This document shows, one piece after another, positions 26,561-40,411 of a DNA stretch of 64,000 bases; positions within the stretch are counted from its first letter, which is position 1, and every line of letters begins with the position of its first letter. The translations under genes were made by a program, and so were the position numbers. The stretch covers positions 13,488,948 through 13,552,947 of the forward strand of contig NC_092673.1 of NCBI RefSeq assembly GCF_964355755.1, written 5' to 3'. Source of the DNA: Antedon mediterranea (taxonomy: Eukaryota > Animalia > Echinodermata). Under the pieces are notes generated by a model. That model searched no databases, was not told the DNA's origin, and saw only the letters and a list, made by a program, of their open reading frames with translations.

Positions 26561-28875
26561 ATCACTTTGAAAATAAAAGTCAAGTTAATAAACATTAGGT
26601 AAAACATGCACTTATTATAAATTCTTATAATTATTGCGGATACTGGAAACTTGCAACTCATTAACGATCTATTATGAATATTCATGAGCTATCCAATCGC
26701 GGCGAAGACGGGTCTGTGTGATTGTCTTTGCTGTTAGTAGGTAAAACAATAGAAGATGCATCTGAGTGATTCAAACCCGTCTGTATTGGTTATGTGGTGA
26801 AACAATAGATAGAAGACGCGTAAAACCGCCTATGTTGTTAACCAACCTTGGTATCATTTCACAGAACCAACAAATCATATATTTTATGTATATAGGTTTG
26901 TCTATGCATGGAAAAAAACGGCATATGCTTATGTGTCTATCCACTGCAAGAACATTCAATCGTAAATAATAAATATATTTGTTAATATACACTTGGTAAA
27001 AGTTTAATTCCTACTAAGGGCAAACTTTTTGTAAATTAAAAATGGCGTGTTTCAAATTGGAGATTTTGAGCATTTCCAAATATACAATTATTTTTTTTGC
27101 ATTATGCAAGTGCATTTTTGTAAAGAAAGGTAAAGAAAAACAAGCCGCGATAAAAAATAAGACTGTTTGTTGAAATTGGGAATAGCGTGATAGAATAAAA
27201 TGTGGACTCTAAAGAAAAAACTTCTTTTTAGATGACAATGAAGCACCATTAAAAAAATGAAGTGTTGTTGAAAATGCACTGGATTCTGGACCAAACGCAC
27301 AACCAGTCGCTGAACCAGATTCTGCACCAGGCGCTGATCCAGATTCTGTACCAGGCGCTACTCCTAGCAATGATGACAGTATCATCCACGATTTCTTAAA
27401 CGAAGCGATGGGAATACGTCGTAAGTAATTTGTTTTTATTTTGTTCTTCCAACACACGCATCCAAATTTATCCCTTCGTGTCTTGTACAAATTGACCCCG
27501 ATGACTACTTACAAACAATTTTAATAATTTTGTTTAATATACAATTGTCTTGTTACATATTTTCATTCATATTCTGACATACTTTCGATATATAAATTAT
27601 ATTAGAATTTTTGTAACACTATGAATATAATTATGTAATTTTAATTCTTTTATAAAATGGTATATCCCATAGTATTTAAGATTGTGTTGCCAGTGAAAAT
27701 TAACTAACTAAATCTGCCCCTTAAAAACTTAAATTGAATATTAAAAATCAGACTTTATAGGCCATTTTGCAGTTTTTTTTTATTGATTTTACTTAGAAGC
27801 AAAAATAAACGGCTAAGTGTAACCAATTTCCTTGACAAATAATTTGGCTATTTTTTGCTTTAAATTACACTTTTTTTCAATTTATTTTAAAAAAATAAGA
27901 AATATGTACATGTACATTAATCTTTTATTATTAACAGATTTTTGCAATCACGGAGAGGTGTTAGAGCAGTTGGCGTCACGACAAGCTTGAGTTGAAGAGA
28001 TGTTGTTGTTACAAATACTTAAAAATCAGAACGAGTTATAAACAATCATGCAACAACAACATAGTTCACCAGCTCATATATTAATCCACATTCAACATCT
28101 CATATTAATCCACATTCACCAGCTCATATACCTCTACCAACTCAAATACATCATCAACCAGCTCAACTACATCAACCAGCTCTACTCAACAAACGGCTAT
28201 TTCAACAACAATCCTGTGACCCAAACCGCTGGGCCAGACGGTCTAGTAATGGTTGGTGGCAAAGTACCGTTAAACGAGGATATATACAGCAACAAATGCC
28301 GTTTGTATATAATATTTAAGTTGTTTTTTAAATCAGTGTAAATAATATAATGGATCAATACAAAAAACACTGTTATTCATATTTTCTTTCCTATTCAATT
28401 AAAATATGTCAAAGCATGTCAAACGCTTATAGCAAAAGCATATAGCATATGTCAAAGGCTAATATAAAGTTATTGCTATAAATGGGCAATTCCATAATAT
28501 AGTAACAATTTTGTCAAAATTAAAAACACGTGAAATATGTTTATTATTGATATCATTTCATAGGTTATATAAGGCCTAAAAAAAAAAATTGTTTGTTTGC
28601 TGTCGAGTTTTTTTTTTTTTTGGTAGGGGGGGCGGGTGGAAAAAAATTGTTTTTTTTTTTTTTAATGTTAATTTCTCTGTTAATTGTACGCGAATTTGAG
28701 AGTAACAAAACACACTGAATAAAACAACGAGCTCAAACATCTATTAATAATTTGTTTCACACTTTAATTCTGTTTTGGGCGCGTTAGGCCCCGTGTCTAA
28801 ACTAGCCTAGGCTAGGCCTACTACACAGTAGGTCGTTGTTAGCAGGCCTAATTAAATATTTTAGAAGTTAGTGTA

Positions 28876-29644
28876 CCGTATAATTATTTCGGTGTATAAG
28901 TCGCACCTGTGTATAAGACGCACCCCCTAACTGAGAGTAAAATATCGGTATTTTGTATATCGTTGATGTATAAGACGGCCGCGCCCAGCCTCAACAAGAA
29001 GGGAAGTCCCCCATTCCGTCAGTTCTTTCTAACTTGTTATTCATGAGTTTCGCACCCGCAACATTGAGTGCATGACCGCACGTGTGTGTGTGTGGGCTAG
29101 CCTCGCTCGATCCTTTTATCGAGAGGCGCACGTTTTCACGGACAATCGTATTCGATTAGTATCTATGTATCCTAGAAGTGTGTACGCTAGGTCTATACTA
29201 TAATCAACTGGAGAATATACTAGTCGAATACTGTGTACACAATGTGGTTGCCAAGAAGGTCTCGCTCTCGCTGGGGGTACGACGGTCGTGCGTATAACTA
29301 TAGGCCTAATACTATTCCAATATCGTAAACGTTTACAAATGAAATTTTATCGGAGCGCCTAAAACAGCTCCATAATGAACAAATCTTGCCATCATATTTA
29401 GTACAAAATCACGCTAGAATGCCTTGAAAACTAGCAGGTTGCTGTTACGCTACGTTACGCTAGTACACTGTAGCTAGGCTAGGCCTACTCTTTAGACTTT
29501 AGCTAGGCCTAGTAATACTAATAGGCCCAGGCCTAGCCAACGAGGTGGCGATATCTGTGTGTTGAGGCATTTATGTTCGGTGTATAATTAATTTAGAGGT
29601 TAAATTTGCGTGTCAAAAGTGCGATTATACACCGAAATATACGC
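28876..29644. mobile_element. Tc1/mariner-pogo-type MITE
   Basis: Imperfect TIRs CCGTA(TAAT)TATTTCGGTGTATAAGTCGCAC / GTGCGATTATACACCGAAATATACGC, flanked by TA. Confidence 0.7.
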
Positions 29645-29810
29645 TACGTTATTATTTATAATAAATAAATAAACGATATTTAAAAGCAATTTTAAACCCA
29701 GAATCCCCCTTTAAGAGGTACATTATGTAATATAACAAAATTAATTACAGTTGCACTGCTTTAAGAGAAAAGTATTAAAACAAATGCAGATTACTATCTT
29801 TCAAGTCCTA

Positions 29811-31150
29811 AGGCCTGTTTATACTACGACGATAACTATAACTATATATTGTACACGATAATAGTTTTAACGCCGTGTCGCGTTTACACTACAACAATTT
29901 TATCGTTCTATGACTCGCGACGTACGTGCGTGACGTTCGCCTTTTGTTTCACAATCATGACGGACTCAGAAGACGACGATTATTTGTTATGCCTTCTGCT
30001 ATATAAAAAAAGGTGTCAACTGAAAAAAAGAGATCGAAATTTATGGGTTCACCCCATAAATCAATCAAGAGAGACTTATGGTGAATTCCATACGCTTTTT
30101 CCCGAACTTATTTGTTATGAAGACAAATTTCATAGTTATTTCCGAGTATCCCCACAAGGCTTTTATGAAATCCTAGAACTAATCAAAGACGATATCGCAA
30201 AAGAAACTACCCAATTTAGACCAAGTATTTCTATCGAACAAAGGCTGGCATGCAGTATGCTTGAGGTAAGTATATTTCAATTCCTTAAAAAAAAAAAAAC
30301 TTTATAGGCCTAGTAGGCCTAGGTAGTATATACACTAGGAAAAACTCACATGGTGTACGGTAGCTAGGCCTAGTTTAGTAAGTTCAATGACATGCAACAC
30401 AGTCACAGTGTCATTACCGTAGTTGAGCATTATACCCGAGTCAATTAAGTTTCGACTCGTCTTGTGTCGCTAATATTATAAAGTAATGAAAATGAAATAT
30501 TGAATTGACATTTATTTACAACTGTTTAATAAAATTAAAAAGCATAACATAGGCCTAATTCAAAAAGAATGTAAGAAATGTAATATAAAAGAAAAATTTA
30601 GTGTATGAAAAATGTCTTTGTTGTTGTTGACACAGAGGTCTGGATCTGGATCCTTATACTCAAATAAAGCAGGAAAACTGCATCACACTAGAGTTAAGTT
30701 ATGATCCGACCTTTTTTCTTTTTGGTAAAGCTTCACATTGACAAAAGTTTCTGTTATGAGATTAATCTATAGCATTATTGTTATGTTTAATTTTCAGGTT
30801 CTTGGCCACCGGAGATTCCTATAAAACTATAGGTTTCAGTTTCCGTATGGGAAAGGCTACCGTGTCAACCATTGTAAACGAAGTTTGCTTAAGTCTGTGA
30901 AGGCGTCTCCAACCTATATATATGTCATCGTCGAGTGAACAACAATGGAGGCAGATTGCCGACAGTTTTAATAGGCGATGGCAATACCCAAACTGCATAG
31001 GGGCAATTGATGGAAAGCATATATACATCAAAGCCCCTAAGTCAGGCAGTTTGTTTTTCAATTACAAGGGGTCGTTTTCTATTGTTTTGTTGGCCCTTGT
31101 AGATGCAGACTACTGTTTTACCGCAGTCTATAGGAGCATACGGATCAAAT
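29811..31150 (+). mobile_element. 5' part of a Harbinger element with a two-exon transposase pseudogene, truncated at about 31150
   Basis: Terminus AGGCCTGTTTATACTACGACGAT; exon 1 29957-30265 (MTDSEDDD...LWVHPIN...YGEFHTL...YFRVS...ISIEQRL); GT-AG intron 30266-30797; exon 2 FLATGDSYKTIGFSFRMGKATVS...YPNCIGAIDGKH...FFNYKGSFSIVLLALVDADY. Confidence 0.9.
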
Positions 31151-32326
31151 AGGCATTTGAGGAGCTGTGCCAGAGGTATGGTAGTCCAGACGCCGTTGTT
31201 TACCTAAACCAACCGGCCCACGTCAAGTACAGACTGAACCATCACCATGGTGGCAGCAGCCAAACGGGGAAAATATCCATCCACCCACGGCTCTGTTATG
31301 CCAGTTAAGGCGGGCCTACAGAGTTGCTCTGCGGTCTGCATTTAATGCTAACTGGGAGGTGGTTGATCGTTTGACTCAGCCGGGAAGTGGCCAGTTGAGG
31401 GCAGGTGCGGTTCAGATGTTGGAGGGGTTCTTGGAAAACCTCCGCTTCCACGCTGAATTTTCCTATGAATAGGTCCAACAAAAAAAACAAAAAAATTGCA
31501 AGACCAAATTAATTCCAATTAGTTAATTTTTACCAAATTTTTTTTATCAGGTTCTTGGTAGTTTCTTTTTCTTGAATTCTATGTTATGTATGTTATTGTG
31601 TTAAAAAAAAAAAAAAAAATTAAGTGTGAAGGAAGAAGAACAAGAGCAAAGAAAAACAAAATAAAACAAGAAGGAATGTAGTGCCACTACAAATGCTAAA
31701 GCGGAGCGCTTCATTCTTAAACACCCGGACGCGCTCCGCTGTGCGTACTTATTGGAACGTGAACTACGTTTGGAGCACTTAAAAAAGTCAGAGACTGAAC
31801 CAGACGTAAAACTATATTTCTCACTTGTATTATCCTACATACAGCTAAAGAGTGGTGAGTACTGTACGTTCTTATTTATTGTAGTTAAGTAAACTAAACC
31901 ATGAGACTACCCACTAATCCCTACTAGTCTACTATGTGCTAGGCCAGGCCTAGCCTAGGTTAACCCTACTACTACTAAATATGAGTACTACTAGGCCTAG
32001 GCCTACTTATTATTAGCCCTAGTTAGGAATGCTTATAAGGCTAGGCTAGTAATATTAATACATAAATAAATAGGCCTAGTATACTGTAGCCTTTATAGTC
32101 TAGTAGACCTTATATATTATTATTAGCACTAGAGACTAGTACTAGATAGGCCTCGGCGCCTAAGCCTACCTAGTCTACTGTCTTTAGGCCTAGGTAGGTA
32201 GTTAGTACTAGCAAAGATAGTGTAGTAGGAAGATGTTACACTTCCTATTCGTTCAATGCAAATAAAAGCGAGACAACATGGAGCTAAATTTAAAGGGCGC
32301 CTCGCACGTCGAGTAGGGATACGGAA

Positions 32327-32925
32327 TGTGATATAAAGATATACTTTTATATTTAAGAAATTGACCTTTGTATCGGAATTCAAATAGGTTCACAAACTTG
32401 ACCCAGAAAGTCCAAAGGAGAGTTTGTCCAGATGTTTTAATGACCATTTAGTTTATAATAGAATCCCTAAAGAAAACACTTAGCTTAATTTTGTGACTTT
32501 CCCATCGTTAAACCAGGAGTGATCGACACTATTTAAGTACAGATTTGACAGTGTCATCCATCACAGAAATACCTTATTATACCGTTAATCACTCCCACTT
32601 AAACACCCCTGGATCAACTTAGGACCAATCGTTACCCTCACAGATGATGTAATGACATTATGCAAATGAACTGAGCCAATATACTCCCAAGTTTCAGAAG
32701 GGCCCAGACACACCTTACAGCCACCTCACGGAGCACACACCTCACAGCAGACCTACACACTTCACACCTCACCGACAGCATCATTGATCCTCCGCGTTCC
32801 TTATCTATACTTATAGTTGTATATTGTACTGAAGTATTATACTGAATAAATAATATATGTGTTACGACAGTCAAGCGAGTTAGAGTCTTTCATTAGTACC
32901 TCAACAACCCAAACACTATATTACA
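32327..32925 (+). repeat. 5' LTR
   Basis: TGTGATATA...TATATTACA; no differences from 40412-41010 found by eye; contains AATAAA near 32845. Confidence 0.97.
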
Positions 32926-33055
32926 TGGTGGAAGACCCAAATTTCATAAGGAACGGAGTGAGAAAACAAGAAATAAACACTTAACAAGACACGAAGACGA
33001 AGACAAAGACAAAAATAACCATATTTGTTTGAAAGGAGAGAAATTTACTTTGACT

Positions 33056-33262
33056 CAAAAGACAAGCTGAAATTATATTTGAATGAGATCGAGACAAGCA
33101 GAAATTTGATCAAATTATTACCATTGGATGAAGACAAAGAAGATAATCGAGGAAGACACAAAAGACAAGCTGAAATTATATTTGAATGAAATCGAGACAA
33201 GCAGAAATTTTATGAAATTATAACCATTGGATAAAGACAAAGAAGATAATCGAGGAAGACCC
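33056..33262 (+). repeat. Two-copy ~104-bp direct repeat in the retrotransposon 5' leader
   Basis: AAAAGACAAGCTGAAATTATATTTGAATGA...GAAGACAAAGAAGATAATCGAGGAAGAC occurs twice in tandem with a few mismatches. Confidence 0.85.
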
Positions 33263-33533
33263 AAGAAGAATCAAAACAGAAGCAAGCGGACAAGAACTGT
33301 TTCGTTTAGAGACTTTCAACTTCACGCCGTTTTTTTTCGATCGTTGTTTGAACATTTAAACATTTTTGAACACTTTTGCATTCCTTTAATTCATTTTTAA
33401 TTGGATCCGAAGCATTTGGGGTAAGTCGAAACCATTTTGATTTTTGATTTGTAACCTTGATTGAAAAAGTGAGAGTTTACATATATATACACTAAATTGT
33501 TTTTGATATTTTGATTAATTAATATTATAAAGT

Positions 33534-34805
33534 ATGGTCGACATTGTTGATAACGAAGTAATTTTAAATGAGCCCGTCAATCCTCATCCCGTGCCCCACC
33601 TAAGACAAACCGATTTCCTTCCCAAAAGATATGACGGTTCCATAACCGATCACGACCAATGTAGTGCACATTACTTATCGTTTACCGACTACCTTGAGGC
33701 CCACACGTTAGAAAACCCTGTAAACAATGCCCAATTAATTAATTTAATAAGTATTTTTAAACGTAGCCTTCAGGGCTAGACTCTGGATTGAGGGAAAGCA
33801 GTTTGATTCACTAGAATCCTTAAAAACCCAATTCATCAACAGGTTTAGTAAAAACAAATCAATCTATGCGCACATAAGAGAATACGATTCAATTACATAC
33901 ACCACTGGCGACAACGCCGAAAAGCACTTAACCAAAATCAAACAAGCCGCAGACAGAATTGGATACGCTGACCAGCAGATAAAGAATAAATTTATTTCGA
34001 CCCTTCCACCAAAATGTAGAGCAGCTGTAGCCATGTCCACCCCAATCGATGCCACTATTGAAAATATCGTAAATAGCACACAAAATTCAAGATTCAAGAT
34101 TCAAGAAATTTTATTTGTCCATAAAAATGGAAATTCACTTTGCTTGGTAGATTAAAACAACAATATAGCAACAATTTAAAAACGTGCAGTATTATAACAG
34201 ATTAAAAATACAAGATAAAAAGTTAAAAATACTGTTAAAAATGTAAAACTATTAAAAATTGCATTAACGTCTTACATTAGAATTAAAAATATGAATGCTA
34301 TTTACAACGAAGGATTTTCTAGTTCTACAAAGATTTGCTCTTGGAGGTCGTAGCCTAATGCCTGATCTATTTAAGTTATAACAGTAATGTAACGGATGAC
34401 CTTGACCTTTCCGTAGATGATGCCACACCGGAAGTTTCATTCAATATCAATAAGGAAACAGATAGGCCTAATAGTTTCGAATCGCTCCAACATGAGATAA
34501 ATTCTCTCAAGTTAGACATGGCCACAACAAAACGATCCCTTAATGATGATACTCGACGCTCACGTTCCCCCACCCGAAATTATATCCCAAGACGAAACCG
34601 AAGCCCAAGCCCATACAAACCCCGATTCCAGACCCCACCGACCCCAAGATATAGACAACCTCCCCCAACCTGTTATTACTGCGGGAAACCAGGCCACATA
34701 GCAAGGCACTGCCGACAACAAAACCGCTCTTACGGAAACTATCCTCCGCCATACCCATACCAACAGTCAAACAATTACTACCCTAGCCACCAGCAGGATT
34801 TTTAA
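33534..34805 (+). pseudogene. gag: gag (capsid, RS-rich region, CCHC zinc knuckle), disrupted
   Basis: FLPKRYDG...FKRSLQG / ARLWIEGK...; frameshift near 33775; 281-bp insertion at 34086-34366; knuckle CYYCGKPGHIARHC. Confidence 0.9.
34086..34366 (-). mobile_element. 5'-truncated LINE (Rex1/L2-like 3' end) inserted in gag
   Basis: Minus strand encodes SGIRLRPPRANLCRTRKSFVVNSIHIFNSNVRR*, then AATAAA and a (TCTTGAA)n tail. Removing it restores the gag frame (STQNYLSY). Confidence 0.8.
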
Positions 34806-34841
34806 AAAGGGGACTAGATGCCGCCTATAATCTGGCCCCCC
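34796..34841 (+). promoter_or_regulatory. Candidate -1 programmed ribosomal frameshift signal (gag-pol)
   Basis: G_GAT_TTT immediately before the gag TAA; 6-nt spacer; hairpin GGGGACTAGAT/ATCTGGCCCCC. The -1 frame is open from 34796 into pol. Confidence 0.7.
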
Positions 34842-37800
34842 ATACTAAATACGACAATTTTAAGGCAAAATACTTAGGGAATTCAGATAATATTGATTTG
34901 TTACTTAACGACAGAAATTACGTTAAAGGAAATTTACCAGATGGTAGAAATGTTTTAACTTTATTTGACAGTGGTTCAACTAGAACTATAATCTCACAAT
35001 CGTACGTTAATTCCTCACTTTATTTATCGCGTTTAAAGCCAGTTAAAGTGAACACAACTAAATTTCGATTAGGTAACGGTGACTTCTTATATGCCAACCA
35101 CTTAGTGCAATTCGAATTATTTATCCAAGGACACAAATTTAAAATTTCAGCATTAATCGTTAAAAATTTGACAGGTATTGACCTGATACTTGGAACCGAA
35201 ACATTGTCTGAACTCGACGGTACTTTAAATTTTAAGGAAAACACATTTCGCATTAGACCAAAGATTTTTAGCTTTCGTCCTGTACACAATATTTTTCTTA
35301 AACCCGGTGATACTAAAACAGTTAAATTAAAAGGAAGGGTTCCCGCCTTTGTACGCAATTCCGATGTTGTTCTACATGCAACCACCCATATTTCAAAACT
35401 TTGTCCATCAGATATGTTAGTAAAATTACATAGAGGAGAAACCAACATTGATATCACTAACAACACAAACAGAAATGTGTCTCTAAATACACATCAACCT
35501 ATCGCGAGCCTTCACTTAACCAACCTTGTAACAGTTACTAACGACCTACCAATTGATAGAATAAAGTTGACCAATGACAACGCAAACAAGTACCCACATT
35601 TAGAACGTACAGACCCATTGCTAACTTTAACCGAGGAAAAAATAATTAGAAAACAAGTTGATTTAAAAGACAGCGTTTTAACACATAGAGAAAAAGAAGA
35701 TTTGTATAAAACATTACAACAAAACAGAAACGCATTTTCACTATATGGTGAACTATCTAGCTGCCCAAACTTCAAAGCTGACATACACCTCTCTAACGAT
35801 GAACCATTTTTTATTCGCCCATACTTCGCGACAGACAAAGACAAACATGTTATTGAGGCCGAATTGAACAAATTAGTCAAACTAGGAATCTTAGCAGTAG
35901 GACACCAATCGTATACTTCCCCTGTCCTTCTTGTTTCAAAGAAAAATTCAAAAGATAAAAGAGTTGTCACAGACTTCCGCTATCTCAATTCCAGGATAAA
36001 ACGTATTAATCACCCATTCCCATTATTAGCCGAAACTCTGAAAACAATAGGTAACGCTAATGCACAGATTCTTAGCGTAATTGATTTGAAATCAGCGTTC
36101 CACTGTGTACCATTAGCCGAACATGCCCAACAATACACAGGTATAGCTTCATATCATGGTGGAAAACATTATTATTATAAGAGATTAGCACAAGGATTAA
36201 ACGTTTCGCCAGGTATATTTCAAGCAAAGATTGACGAAATTTTAAATGAAATTCTAGAGAATTCTGTATCGCCCATCATGATGATATTATTTTATTTAGC
36301 CAAGACAAAATTGCTCATAAGCAGCACCTTGTTTCCGTTTTACAAGCCCTACAATTAAATGGTTTTAGAATTTGTCCAAAGAAATGTAAGTTATTCAAGA
36401 ATAAAGTGCAATATATGGGACACACCATCCTGATTAATTCTTCAGGACACGCATGTATCACACCATTAGGCGACAGGTGTGCAGCTATCCGAAATTTGCC
36501 AGTCCCACGAACCCATAAAGAAACTAAACGATTTATTGGTGCAGTAAATTATGTATCCCATTTTTTCCCTCAAATACAATCAATTTTACGTCCGTTACAC
36601 ACACTCGCAAGCAAACGCCGAAAATTTTGTTGGTCTACTGAACACCAGAAAGCATTTGACGAAATTAAACAATTAATGGTTAAACTACCTACTCTTCAAA
36701 TGCCTAGAAAAGAAGGTAGATTTACGCTATATAGCGACACTTCAAGAACCGCAACAGGTTCATATTTAACACAAACAGTAAACGGTAAAGAACACATAAT
36801 AGGTTATTATTCCAAAATCTTACCACAAGCCTGTCAACGATATAGCGTCACAGAACTAGAGTTATTTGGACTTTACATTAACGTTTCAGCATTTCGACAT
36901 TTACTAAAGGGTTGCGAATTTGATGCATTCGTAGACCACTCAGCAATTGTACAAATTTGGAATTCAAAAGATCAGCCATGTACACCCCGTTTACAGAAAC
37001 TAATATTACGATTGTCCGGATACATTTTCCAAATTGGTTATAAGAAAGGAACTGAATTAGTTTTAGCAGATTTTCTCTCCCGAGCCCCTCGTGATGACGA
37101 TTCCGAAATTGATCAAGTTGTACCCATTGCATTTAATATTACAGAGACTGAATCTCTTAACCCGATTACAAACACATCTACTTGCAGACCAGTAACAAGG
37201 TCATACGCCAAGAAAATGGGAATAAATATACCTGACCTACATAAACCCAAACCCAAACAAACGCCTGTCATTAATCAAAACCCAGTGACAACAAACACGC
37301 GACCTACACCTCAACCTACCGCTACACCACAAATAATCACGAGACAACAAACAAACGCACATCGATCACCGCCCATCATAACGCCACCTATCGTAACACC
37401 ACCCCCAATACGTAATGTAAACATTCGACAACCTCCAGAGGAACGACTAGTAGACAAAAACAAGCAAAGCAAAGATACTACACATCGAAACGTACCAGTT
37501 GAATTGTATACATCGCCCAAACCACTAGTACCCAACATAACTGAATTTAAGTCAGCACACATCCCAAAACAACAAGACTTAGATAGATTAATGGATGTTA
37601 TTCAAAGAAAGATAATTAGAGATTATAACCTCCCAGTAGATGTTAAACAATTACGCGTTGAACAAGAAACTTCACCATTTTTTAAGCCAGTTTACGATTA
37701 TTTAGTTCATGATATCCTTCCAGCTGATAAGAAAGCAGCTCGTGCAGTTCAGAATAAGTCAGAGCAGTACATATTGTGCAACGGTTTACTATTCCGTTTA

Positions 37801-39504
37801 TTTTTCCAAGATAAAGGTGGAGAATTTGTATTGCAATTAGCTGTTCCTGAAAACTTAGCAGAGACTGTTATTTCTCAGTATCACGACAATTTGTTAAGTA
37901 GCCACCAAGGTACGATGCGTACTTACCTTACTATTAGGAAATTATTTTACATGCCCCTTATGTTTGAGAAAGTCAACAATTATACCCAAGCGTGTCTTAG
38001 ATGTCAACAATTTCGTCCCAAAACCGATAAATTACGTCCTTTACACAATCGAGTACCAGCAACTTACCGTCCCTTTCATACACTCAGTCTAGATTTTAAG
38101 AGTATGCCAACTTCACCCTCAGGTTTTAAACATATTATGGTAGTATGTGATGAGATAACTAGATTTTTGATTTGTGTACCTTTGAAATCCATTGATGCCG
38201 AAACAATTTGCGAAGCACTAATTCAAAAGGTCATCAGTATTTTTGGACCCCCATCTCGTCTTATTTCAGATGCAGCAACCTCCCTTACAGGAAAATTATT
38301 AACACTATTATGTAACACCCTTAATATTGATAGGAAAATCATCAGCGTCCACAATCACGGTAGTTTACAAGTTGAACGTCATATCCGCACCGTATCGGAC
38401 CTGTTAAAGGTCAACCATAACCAATTCGGAACAGATTGGGTTAGATTTGTATCAACAACATGTTATGCCTATAACTCGTTTTCATCCCCACATCTAGGAA
38501 ACCACTCCCCTTACGAATTAGTTTTTGGCCGCCAACCTCCAAGTTTGACCTCATTAGCATTTAACCCTATTTCAGGATTGTCTCATTCCTATGAAGAATA
38601 CTTTGAACATCTCAAGAAGAAATTTCAAAACATTTCACAGACAATGCTACAATTACAGCGAACACAACAAAACGTCCAAAACTCAAAGATTTCCCAACAC
38701 TTAGAAAAAAGTCCAATTTACTCAGTAGGACAACTCGTATATTTATACAAGCCAACATCATCATCACTAACAGCAAATTCAAAGAAAATCGCCGCAGAAT
38801 GGGTCGGACCATTAGTGATTCATGAAGTACTAGACAGAACACACTACATCCTAGCGACGATTAAAGGAGAAATACTTCGCGACGTATTCAATTATAACAG
38901 ACTGAAACCCTGTTTTATGAGAACACCCAAAGAACGCAAAAATTTTACACATCTACAAAAACTTAAACAATTGTTGAATGAACCAACCGATGATAATAAC
39001 GATAAAATCCAAAACACCATTAATGTAGTAAATGACGAAATCAATGTTGAATTTGTAGACGAACATGATAGGACACCCACCCAATTGCAATCAGATACCC
39101 TTACACATCCAACTAAGATAGAACCCCTTAACTTGCAACCTTACATTGACTGTGTAGAGAATAACATGGGATTAGCAGCCCCATTCCAAATGAAAGAGGA
39201 ACAAATTAAGGAACAAACTAATCTAATTATGACAGCACCTAATGATTCAAGTATGACATTAAACCGAGGTAGATTTAAAGCAGGACATTTCCAAGTTTTA
39301 GTTTCGTATTCTAAACCGACTTCAGCCAAACGCAACACTGATAAAACAAAACACGAATCTAATGATCGCAAATTTTGGTGGAATATTGACAGATATAACG
39401 ATACAGATAAATTGATTAAAGAGATCATTAAAGATAAACAGATACCGATAAGTGGATCGCCAAAACGATTCATAAAACGTTTGTATAATGCAACAAATTA
39501 CTGA
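34796..39504 (+). CDS. pol: pol polyprotein (protease, RT, RNase H, integrase) with one frameshift near 36250
   Basis: Protease LFDSGS; RT DLKSAF...LAQGLNVSPGIFQ / CIAHHDDIILFS; RNase H LYSDTS...YSVTELE...DH...LADFLSR; integrase H-H-C-C with DFK/SDA/VER; WVGP (GPY/F-like). Joins ORFs 34898-36358 and 36406-39504. Confidence 0.95.
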
Positions 39505-40411
39505 TTTAAATTTTTTTTTGCAAGATTATTTTTAAATTACGACATTTGCTAAATTATTGATAGCATAGTCTACGTATTTGATGAGATTTGTTTAGTAATG
39601 ATGTGATTTCAGTTAAAAGAGAATTGAAATTATGATTAAGTATTGATTTTGTAACGAGTTTGATAATGATTAATTTTGAATTTTGATGATCGATATATTG
39701 AGATATTAAAAAGAACGACAATCATTTTGTAACAAATATTTTGTTGAACCTTTGAGTCGTTAATCTCAAGCATTAATTAATTGATATACAATAACAGGAG
39801 ATTTTCTTAGTACTTTTAATTGTAATTTTTTTTACATTGAGTACAAAAGTCGAATTTGTCGACCGATTGAAATCGTAATTACCTGTAAATATAAATGCTT
39901 AAATCGATAAAGTTGTGATGATAACGATATATTGTGGATAAGTTTGTGTCAACGGGACACACACATTTGTTTCTTTTAAAGTTTTAAGTGATTAAGTTTG
40001 ATATTTTGATTTTAGGCTAATCAGCCACAGTTTCTTGAGTTTTATGTTTTGATTTGATTGATTTATGTTTGAAGACCATTAGAACGCGATGAGTTGTCGC
40101 ACAATTTGATTGATGTATGTCCAATGTAACATACTATTTATAAGTTTTGTATTTTTATTTTCAACTGATTTATGTTTGATTTACGCGAATTTTATACCAA
40201 ATTCATTTTTAATTTCATTTTTTTTAAGAGAGAGAAGAGAGAGAGTGAAAGTGATAAGGTTACACTTCAGAGTCAATGGTTTTGGCTAACTCAATTTTTG
40301 CATATATGTATAATGTTTTTTTTCTTTTATATAACTTTAATTTTGCATGCCACTATTATAACCATTTTTATATGTTAAATAGATTAGAAAAAAAAAAGGG
40401 AAACAGAGGGA

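Noticed and set aside
27280-28340. Short 24-bp and Q/H-rich repeats suggesting a host gene
   Set aside because: Fragmentary exon-like pieces with stops and no recognisable domain; probably TE accessory-gene debris.
32926-32943. Assigning the primer tRNA from TGGTGGAAGACCC
   Set aside because: It starts with TGG as expected, but I cannot match it confidently to a specific tRNA 3' end without the host tRNA set.
35020-39473. Antisense ORFs overlapping pol
   Set aside because: Shadow ORFs of the long sense ORF, with no recognisable motifs.
39505-40385. Possible env-like third ORF in the Gypsy element
   Set aside because: The region is AT/T-rich with stops in all frames; only a short low-complexity ORF is present.
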